64,000 bases of DNA from Antedon mediterranea. Taxonomy: Eukaryota > Animalia > Echinodermata. The position numbers were made by a program, and so were the translations under genes. The notes beneath the pieces are model-generated. The model saw only the letters and a program-made list of their open reading frames with translations, ran no database searches and was not told the DNA's origin. The stretch is taken from NCBI RefSeq assembly GCF_964355755.1, contig NC_092672.1:26294437-26358436 (forward strand), in the 5' to 3' direction. Positions 24,944-34,492 of the stretch are shown here, piece by piece (position 1 is the stretch's first letter; each line of letters starts with the position of its first letter).

Positions 24944-25658
24944 ATTTTTAGTAGCGTGGACGCGACTCTATAGTTCACTATGTCGGTCGGTCGGTCGGTC
25001 TGTCGGTCTGTCGGTCTGTCTGTCGGTCTGTCTGTCGGTCCGGTATCACTATGCGTTTTAATGCTTTTCTGTACTTTTTGAACTGTTTTGATGTCAACAT
25101 GTGGGCATTTACGTGAAATTGTGCACCTCCTATTGTGAATGACGTTAGAGTTGCGCAACGTGATTTACGCGTGATTTAACGATTTTCTCGTTTTTAACTT
25201 AGGTCAAAAACCAAATAACATTTTAAATTGAAACTTTGCAAAATTAGTTTTTAATCAATTTTCTACGCGTTTCTTGTCATTTTGAGCATGTCAAAAATTC
25301 CCATACGCGCAAATTTTTACGCGCGCGGTGCGCACGTAGCGTTAAGTACATACTTTTTTCGCGTGATTTATGTTTTTGCAGCCTTTTATAATAATTTTAC
25401 CAACTTTTAAACAATTTCGACTTAAAATTACGTCATACGAGCACGTCGAATTGGTTAATTTGCGCACGTTTTTGATGAAAAAGTTAAAAAATTCGTCAAA
25501 ATTAGTATGCCTTTTTAGTCGCGTGGACGCGACTCTATAGTTCACTATGTTGGTCGGTCTGTCTGTCGGTCTGTCTGTCTGTCGGTCTGTCGGTCTGTCT
25601 GTCGGTCCGGTATCACTATGCATTGTAGCACGCGACTTAATGGCTGTTGGTCTTGTTT
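24944..25658 (+). mobile_element. Two DINE-1/HINE-like elements with (GTCG/GTCT)n microsatellite; 25512-25658 is a complete element of about 145 bp
   Basis: T-run, AGTCGCGT-gg-ACGCGACT palindrome, GTCK tetranucleotide repeat, then 3' ACGCGACT with a short hairpin and T-run. Region 25150-25510 matches the body of the 1.5-kb family. Confidence 0.75.
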
Positions 25659-27050
25659 ATTTTCTGTATAAATACTACACTACTATAATATTGTAAAATG
25701 ATGAGAAATCATTATGATTAAGTCACCAACCTTCCCACTTGGGCTCATTTTTTTAATCTAGACGCCTGCCATGACGACGTACGTGCATTTTAATGGCGCA
25801 TGCGCTGCTAAGAAGCCTTTGTTTATTTTGTAACAATGTCTTTGCAGCCGATTCTCGGTACTGTATCTATTTCCGAAATATTATAGGAACATTTGGTAAT
25901 ACAACATCACTACCTTAAACTAACCTTACATGATACATGATAATGAAAGAAATGTATTAATAAATATTCCTATGATACCTCGCAAATAGTAGATAGTTTG
26001 TGGAGATACAGCACTCTGGGAATCGGATGGTCTTCGTCATGGCCTGTTATGGAGAGAGCGGTTACTCTGCCCTGTAAAAGACATAACAGATCAGAGTGAT
26101 TCGAGTCCCTGTGTCCATTTGGCCATGGTAAGAATATGTTATTTATGCGCGCACAAACAGTTATGTTCACTATATTCTCTGCCAATACGCAATGCAAGAT
26201 ATATACAACACATTGAAACTATAGAAACAATTCACAATACAGATGAAAGGATTACCAATTTTAATTTTCAAGTTATATTTGTACAGTGCCGATGCTCAGT
26301 GCTCTGTGCCGATATATGGACATGATGACGTCAAATCACTACCATATTATTTGGGTATATCACTACCATATTTGGGCATATCACAGATTTTTTTGTTAAA
26401 CTAGTTAAACTGTCTTGCCAACGTAAGTTTTATTGGTTTACTATCAAAGAACTACTTATATTATTATACGAATCGAAACCAGAAGAAATGTTTTCATTAG
26501 TTTGATAGTGTAGACAGAGGTTATTAAGGCAATTTTATGTTCAACAATTCTTTTCTTTACCGTACCAACGTGTTACATATCTACACAGATGCTCCAACAA
26601 TCAACAGAATGTTTAAAATAATATTTCCGGGTTTGCCGTTATTATAAAGCAATCCAGTATCAGAAAATAAAGTCGCTAAATGTGCATCTTATAGTTATTC
26701 TTATTTTTAGTACACAGTAGAAAACCCCATCCAACACATTTTTATTTAACACTGAACAATCTTTCAATTTCACATGTAAAATAAATATTTAAGAATGTAA
26801 TGTAGCTATTCTATAACTTATAATATTAAAACGTATGCCTATTCAATTATTGAGTTTTAATCAAATCTAATAAATTTGGTAAAGATTCAAAACAATATCT
26901 TATCATCATTTTGTTTTGTTTTTTTATTAATAATGGAAATGTGATACATGAATTATGTAAAAAAAATCTAATGAAAAAAGGTGTATCTGAAGATTCTCAT
27001 ACAAAGACGATTACACTCATTTTATGTAGGAATGAACTGTATTGTTAAGT

Positions 27051-28763
27051 TTAGTAATTAAATATCTTAACATTGTTTTCTCCACAATTTGCCACAGCTA
27101 CTCTCCTTGGGTTATTGCTAATTACAGCGATTCCACTTGGAATATCGATGTTATCGTTTATGGCATCGATTCGTTTTATAAATATACCATTCTTATCAAA
27201 CAATTGTAGTTTATGAATGCTTGCAACTATTATATTTTCATCCCTGTCTATTACTATACATATAGGGTTCCAAACTTTATCATCCTGCTCACCCCCGTCT
27301 ACAATCGTTTTCATAAACATACCGTTTGCAGAAAACATTTTTATTTTATTAGTACTCCAATCGGGAATTAATAAGTTACCTTCTTTGGTTAAAGTAACAT
27401 CATGCGGTGAAATCAAACCTATCTTACCTATCAGCTTTCCATCATCAATATTAAATTGATAAACGCAGTGAGCTTCTCTGTCTGCAACATACAGACATTT
27501 CGTTTCATTGTTTACTGCCAAACCAACAGGACATTTTAATATTCCTTTACCAAATTGAGTGATAACTTTAAATCTATCATTACACAATACTACATTCTTT
27601 CTTTCTGCGTCGCTAAACATAAAATAACCGTTTTCCATTTGATGCATTTTATAAACATGGATATTTGGAATGTGTACAGTGGAAATAAATGAACCTGATT
27701 GGCTAAATTTCAGCAATTCATTAGACCGACTTGACACTAACATACAGCCATCTTTATTTAATTTCACATCTGTTACTTTGCTATCTATTTGGAGGGATCC
27801 TATGTTGCTAACGGTATGTACAAGTGTTGGTAGAACTGTGATATTCACAGGTGAACCTTTGATGCTAGCAACTCCTGTAGTGATCTCCATCTTCCAATCA
27901 CCTTCCTCATTGCATTTACTTTTTATTCTATACGTCCCGTTTCCAATGTGTTCTACCTCTTCAATTGCGATGTTTTCACCTGATGGTTTTACGAGTGTAG
28001 CAGTCAATACACCTGCATCACATTTGACCACATTTTTTACCACTACTGTAGATATTTGCCCCTTGATAACAGTAATGAATTCATCATCTTCAGTAATACT
28101 GAATCTGTTATCAACACTTGTGATTTTACCAAGCCCTTTCGATATAGCACCGTACAACTCTGTGTTTATTGTAAAGTTTGGAGTAAGATTGTTTGCATAC
28201 GAGAGAAATGTTTCTTTCATTTTATCAATATTTTTTTGAATTCCTTCAATATCCGATTTGTAACTGTTAAGTGTGTTTTTATTTTCTGGTTTGTCTGTCA
28301 TTTCCTCAACTGCTTTCTTCAGACTTTGCAATTGCATTTGATGAGGTTCGAGTTCTTTCACCTGACTTTTTATAGCGTCTTTCTTTTGCTTACACACAAT
28401 TTGAAGATCTTTCATTAGTTTCTCGCCTTCCTCTTTAACTTTTTTCACAACAGCAGCTATATGGTTTTCAATCAGTTTGTTTATATAGTCTACTTGAGAT
28501 TTCAATTCTCCGTCATTGCAAATTATGGAATTGAATATAGCTTCTAATTCCTGTTTGATGTCTTTAGCTGACGTGATAGTTTCAGTTACGTTTTTGTTAA
28601 ATTCATCGACAGCAACTTTCATGGGCTTGGTATCATGTTTTGCTGTATAACATGTCATAAAATGTTCACAATCCTTGCATGCACTTTTGGTACAAGTTGT
28701 ACAATAACGCTCCATTATGTTATCAGGATGATCTTGACATCTAAATTTCTCTTGCCCAGACAT
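27051..28763 (-). CDS. RING-less TRIM-NHL protein, copy 5
   Basis: Intact 570-aa ORF; TTATAG|ATG acceptor; upstream non-coding exon donor at 28936. Confidence 0.88.
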   Translation of the reverse strand: MSGQEKFRCQDHPDNIMERYCTTCTKSACKDCEHFMTCYTAKHDTKPMKVAVDEFNKNVTETITSAKDIKQELEAIFNSIICNDGELKSQVDYINKLIENHIAAVVKKVKEEGEKLMKDLQIVCKQKKDAIKSQVKELEPHQMQLQSLKKAVEEMTDKPENKNTLNSYKSDIEGIQKNIDKMKETFLSYANNLTPNFTINTELYGAISKGLGKITSVDNRFSITEDDEFITVIKGQISTVVVKNVVKCDAGVLTATLVKPSGENIAIEEVEHIGNGTYRIKSKCNEEGDWKMEITTGVASIKGSPVNITVLPTLVHTVSNIGSLQIDSKVTDVKLNKDGCMLVSSRSNELLKFSQSGSFISTVHIPNIHVYKMHQMENGYFMFSDAERKNVVLCNDRFKVITQFGKGILKCPVGLAVNNETKCLYVADREAHCVYQFNIDDGKLIGKIGLISPHDVTLTKEGNLLIPDWSTNKIKMFSANGMFMKTIVDGGEQDDKVWNPICIVIDRDENIIVASIHKLQLFDKNGIFIKRIDAINDNIDIPSGIAVISNNPRRVAVANCGENNVKIFNY

Positions 28764-29226
28764 CTATAACAATTTATGAAATGTATTCTAGATTTTAGCA
28801 GGCTAATGTTCTAGTGTGTTATAATAAAATATCTCCTAATACATATTGTGGTATTAGTTTTAATTAACATTATAACTAAATCTTCCAGCTTTCTCTTGTA
28901 AATGTTAGTAGTTTGCTAATTAAGTGTGCCACTAACCTTGTTTTCTAGTGCAACTTCCTCCATTCTAACTTTACTTAGTCACCAATAATAATATAGTTTG
29001 TAGTAGGCCTAAATGGGGTGCGGTTAACAAAGAGACGTTTGGCATGGTATGCTCACATCACAATATACAAAAGTGTACATGACGTAGGCATATAGGAAAT
29101 AATTCATACATGACCTTCAACCTGATCACAACAATACATTGTGTTTTTATACTAAATCCAATTCAAGTTGCAGTCAGTTTCGGAGCGAGACGCGCTAATA
29201 TTTGTAAAATGAAGTCGGTGCTGACC

Positions 29227-29557
29227 TTAAAGATGTATTTAATAATAATGTATTAATTTTTACATTTTTTTGTTGTTGAATATGCCATTTTAATGTCACA
29301 TAATAGTTATCCACTTTGACCAAAAATTACCTGAAAAAAACTGTAATTTAAAGCAAAAAATGGTCAAATTGGCTGCCAGCCAATGGATTTTTGGTTGAAT
29401 TTACCATTTATTATGTTATTTTACCGGTGAAAACATTTGTTAATATTTTTTTTTCTACGGAAGTGATTAACTTTATTAAAACTACAAACTAACCTATTCA
29501 AAGTCTGATTTAATTAATCTTCATTTTTCATGTTTTTGGGGCACAATACATTTTTAA
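29227..29557 (+). mobile_element. TTAA-flanked MITE of about 330 bp (Kolobok-like), copy 1
   Basis: TTAA-AGATGTATT...AATACATTT-TTAA; similar copies at 36555-36887 and 41595-41927. Confidence 0.7.
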
Positions 29558-30213
29558 CATCTGCTTTGTCTTTTGCATTGTTAAAATCTGGCAGTCAATT
29601 AGATATCCAACTATGCAATGGCATCGTCAGTTTCGAAGAAATTCGTCTAAAAACACATTTTGCCGTAATTAAAATATGTACTAACTCGAACGCAACAATA
29701 TGCGTTGAAGAAATAAAAAGTGGGACGACGATCCCTAGACAAAAAAAATTACTACCATTCATTTAGCAATGGTTTATTAAAAGTTATAAATTACACGTAA
29801 TAATTTTAATGTTAGACCCACAGTGACTTAATCTTTACTTGATTTTTTCCATCAAATTTACACTTTAATCACACAATTTTCATTAAAAATGTATAGCAAT
29901 ATCATACTTAATATTAAAGTTTTTACATTAGATAAGCAATATTTACAGTTATACGTTACAACGTTATGCCTCAATATTTGTCATACAGTACATGTCTGGT
30001 GCTTGGTTTGATAGCAATATTATTTCATAAATATTGTAGAGATGGGCGTTAGATTTTCAAATAACCTCCTCAAATAGTAAAAGTTCACGAACGGCAGGTT
30101 GTAGATATATAGTGCTGATGAAACAAGTTTGGTCTTGCAGTGAAAATGCATGGAGCATATTTTATTGAACATGTGAAAGAAACATTTAATGCCAGTAAAG
30201 TTTTTTTGCTAGT

Positions 30214-33200
30214 TCAATACTGAAAGCTCCTCTTTGTTTGAATGTTATCCAACATTTCCTGCATATCTTCGTCTTCAAATCGGCTTTCCAAGCTTTAACA
30301 AAAAAAATGATTTATTACACACAGCAATCATAAATAAATCATTTTGTAGGAGGTTCCGACACATTTTTAAATTGATATGCTATTTTTCACTACTACTACA
30401 AATTCTCCAGAAATATCCTGGAAGATTATGGTAAAAATTCTTTGATTCAAAGAGAAACATATGCCTGAAGCCAGTATGTTGACAGAAAAGGTAATTGTCT
30501 TACCTTGGTACCAAAGCTCTGGCCTCTTCTGCAGTGTCTGGACAAAGGTTGGCCAGTGATGCTACTTCAAATTTATGCAGCTGTTTTTGCTTCATTAAAC
30601 TGAAACATAAAATTAAAGTTTGTGTAAAGAAAAAGTTATTCAGTGTTTAACCAATTAATTACAGTATGATGAGATAATAATATTCATTTATATATTAGAC
30701 TTTACAAGCCACACATAAACCCAGAGAAGTACTATTGAAGGGAGAAGCTAAAATTGTAATTTTTTGATTTAGAAGAATTAAGATGTTTACCTTCGAACAT
30801 CAGCAATCGTTTCCCGGTTTTTAAAGCGTGAAAATCGTTCTGTGTACTGTAATGTTTTCATGAATACTTCACTTAGCTCTTGTTCATCTTCCTGATTCTC
30901 ATTTTGTGTCTTACGATGTTCCAACAACATTCTTACTTCTGAAATTAGCAAAGTTTCTGCTTGCTCAAATTCTGTAAAACAAACAACAATAATCACATTT
31001 TTAATAAAATGTACTTTTATTTATCGCCGTTGCTAAAGATACGGTACCGTATCCATGCTTTTAAAAACTAAAGATACGGTAATTATAGAGGGCGCTTCCG
31101 TTTGCTAAAAGTACGGTAAAATTGCATTCCTAAAACTCGTACCTAAATATAAAACTCGTTCCTAAATATAAAACTCCTTCCTAAATATTAAACTCCTTCC
31201 TAAATATTAAAAACCTAACCCTCTAAATAATCTCTCTTAAATTAAAAACTAAAAAAAAAAAAATTAAAAAAAAGACGTCAAGAAGAGTATCGAACCTACA
31301 ACCCCTTAGGCCAAAGCCTCACCACATGGCCACTAGGCTACACAGCTGGCTTGCAGAAAACCAATGCAATAACCTATTTGATTAACATCCACATTACATA
31401 GCGCCCTCTATAATTACCGTACCTTTAGTTTTTAAAAGTATGGATACGGTACCGTATCTTTAGACATAGCGTTTATTTATATTTATAAACTGATGATGTA
31501 AACAAGGAACTTTAATGCATTTTCATGGCATTTCTACTACAGTAGACCTACAGTAGGCCTAGGCCTAGTCTCTATTTATCCGGGCCTACTAAAGCTTGCC
31601 CTCTTAACGCGGTCACAGTGCATATCGGCCGCCAGTCATTTCGGCCGCCGGTTATGGAACGCCTAAAATCATGAAACGCCAAAAAGGACAAAATATGTAT
31701 TGTTCATTTCGGCCGCCAATCGTCAATATTGTTAATGTATGGCACGCCTCAATTATAAAAAATGGTGTATACATGTGCCTATCCCCTGAATAGACGTCCG
31801 TATTCAAACAGCAAGCAGCAATCAACAAAAACGATCATACTTTTTGATTTGTACAGAGTTGCGCTATTTTACTGTCATTCGCCGGCTTCTTCCTGACTGA
31901 GCCCTACAACCTCTCAGCCCCCCCCCCCACACAACAACCACTGTGTTAGTGTTAGTTAAAACTACTAAACTAATGATTTACACGGTTTTTTTATCATATC
32001 GGTCGCGTTTGAAATCGGTCGCCCTATTTTGTATGGAGCGGGATGCATGCTAGCGGGATATACATTTTCTTCATTTATATAGATTTAATTGATATTTTTT
32101 AGGGGCTAGATTATTTATGTGGATATTTTTTATTTGGTTATCAATCATTATTAATTTTAAATGTATTTCACAGGTATCTTTCCAAAATAGTCATTTCTAA
32201 ACACGTTTAAATATTAAATTAGGTAAATAATTATATCAGGCATATAATAATTTACCTCCAGTTATATGTACTGTAATTAATATATTATATAGAGAATATA
32301 CGTCTGTCCTTTATTATGCAAACAATTACGTAAAAGAGAACAATTTATTTAAAAACAATAATTGTTACAATGTATAGCCCGTAAAGCCAGCGTATCCATT
32401 GTTATACTTATGCATAGGCCTACTGTGGCAGATTATATCATGTCGTTAACAACATACTTTTCGATCGATCACATAATTTTTATTTTTTTATTTTATTTAC
32501 ATACTTTATGTAGGATAATATTATTAAGTGTACAATAATAATTGTTGAGACAAATCACGTGTATACTTTTATTTCTAATGTTTAAAATAGTTGTTAGTAA
32601 AAATGATCATTATATGCGGATGGTTAAAAGGCGAGTTACTGAAATAAACCCCCAAATAAGCCATATTGGGGGAGATGCGCCTTCTATGATCGTGCAGCTG
32701 TTTCCTCTAACAATGCGTTATTTTGCTGACGGGGTTTCCCCTTTTTAAAATGGCCAGGTAAAGATGACGTCTATTACTAATAACCATACTTTTAAAACGT
32801 CTATAGGCCTCCTGCACGTGTTTTTGTGAAACGATGTATATAATTTACGTATACTGTACGTCGATACTATAGATTTTAATTTGAAAAATATCTTTTATTT
32901 CTTTATTTACAATAACCATTTAATGTAAATAATTAAGTAAGTAGTCTCACATAACATCCATATGACGTTCGTAAATCTAAATGTTTAAATATCAGTACCT
33001 CTTTGAGAATCGTGTCCACCTTTATTATCCATACATTATTCTCACATCTATCATTGTACATCATAGACATACTGTAGGGCTGGTAGATTGATTTATAACG
33101 GAATATTATCTATATATTTTATTATTATCCTAAACCATGCTCACGTCAGAGTGGCGGATATCGAATGCAAAAATCATCATCATGCATCAAATTCCTTTAT

Positions 33201-34058
33201 TGCATAAACCTCATTGAGCTGGTATCCACTTGCAGGTATAGAACGAGTTTCGTAATTAACTGTGATTAAAAAATACGCAATAGGCGCGTCTACTTGTTTA
33301 ACTATTAAATTATTATTTATTTTCAAAACCTTAAACAACGGCATGCTAAAAGAACACATTACAATTCATTAAAACCTGTAAGATAAAATGGAAACACAAA
33401 TTATTTATAAATAATGAGATAAATATTAATATTTACTGTACTTAAAAAATAACGATCGAGGTTTAAAAAAATGTCAAACAGTATTATTAGAAATTCCAAT
33501 ATTCACAATTAACTAAAAACATAATGACCGTTTTCATTAAAAATGTATCTAATGCGCCATATACAAATTAGCGCGACCGATATCAAACGCGACCGATATC
33601 AAACGTAACTAATAGGATAAAAAGCGTATCTAGCGGCGCTCCATACAAAATACCGGATGTTTCTTTTATCGCGACCGATTTCATCTGACACCATTTACAC
33701 ACGTCTATTCAGGCGATAGGCACATGTATACACCCTTTTTGACAAGTAAGTAAGTAACAATACGTTAACAATATTGACAATAAAAATTCTGGCGGCCGAA
33801 ATGAACAATACATATTTTGTCTTTTTTGGCGTTTCATGATTTTGGGCGTTCCATAACCGGCGGCCGAAATGACTGGCGGCCGAAATGATCAGACACCCTT
33901 AACGCTTGCTTATGCTAGGGCCGAAACCCGACCTAGCTCAGGCCTAGTTTGTTAATGTAGAGCCTCCTTTTTAGCCCTGTTTTCATCCCGTAACATACTG
34001 TACCTTTTGGAAATTTTAATTCTGAAGCATCTTCTTCTATTTGCTCTTCAGTCGCCAT
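30214..34058 (-). CDS. POLR2D: RNA polymerase II subunit RPB4
   Basis: Exons 34058-34004, 30971-30791, 30599-30504 and 30292-30214, all GT-AG and in phase: [31 protein letters not shown]...[51 protein letters not shown]. Confidence 0.96.
31033..31463. mobile_element. Inverted-repeat element (TIRs of about 64 bp) holding a 19-bp minisatellite and a tRNA-like Pol III unit
   Basis: 31033-31096 is the near-perfect reverse complement of 31400-31463. The unit aaaactc(g/c)ttcctaaatat occurs about 4 times at 31132-31208. A and B boxes lie on the minus strand at 31287-31341. Confidence 0.75.
31611..33897. mobile_element. Non-autonomous DNA transposon with imperfect TIRs of about 190 bp and 8-bp TSD CTTAACGC (outer element)
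   Basis: TSD at 31603-31610 and 33898-33905; GG...CC termini; repeated TTTCGGCCGCC subterminal motif at both ends. Confidence 0.85.
31984..33692. mobile_element. Nested non-autonomous DNA transposon with 8-bp TSD ATTTACAC (inner element)
   Basis: TSD at 31976-31983 and 33693-33700; GG...CC termini; repeated ATCGGTCGCG / CGCGACCGAT subterminal motifs. Confidence 0.85.
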
Positions 34059-34492
34059 CGTATTATTAATTAGCTTTCTTTAACTGTAAAATGTCTGGTT
34101 TCTTTCTTTCCGTCCTTCTCTTCAAAAGGGGTTGTGGTCGTGCGTTGCAATGAATTCAATCGTTTGGAATTCGTTTACAAAACGTGTATTCTCGTTTCGT
34201 TTGTAAAGCAAAGCGAGTTTAATTTATAGATTGCATGATTGCTTTTATTTATTAAGTTATGTTTGTTTTCTTCAAAAACCTTTCGCAAAAAAAAGCTGGA
34301 AAATAAAAAGGTTTAAATATTAAATTATACATTATTTTTTTTGTTAAACGCGTCTAAACGTACCTATAATTATTAGTAATATTGTGCTGCCCTCTACCAT
34401 GGGTTAAAGTACAAAATCATCACAACAATTTTTGCGGGGGTCTATTTTACTTTTAATTTGTCCCAAAAATAGAGTTAAATTTTATTTTTAGG
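34059..34492. promoter_or_regulatory. Probable bidirectional promoter between POLR2D and SPAG7
   Basis: Divergent start codons are only 434 bp apart. Confidence 0.7.

Noticed and set aside
24862-25623. ORFs with PTDR repeats (24862-25158, 25342-25623)
   Set aside because: Translation of the (GTCG/GTCT)n microsatellite of DINE-1-like elements.
2906-28418. Plus-strand ORFs overlapping the TRIM genes (e.g. 2906-3325, 12937-13464, 19664-20203, 27670-28239), similar between copies
   Set aside because: Antisense shadows of the TRIM reading frame; their similarity comes from the paralogy, and they show no independent protein features.
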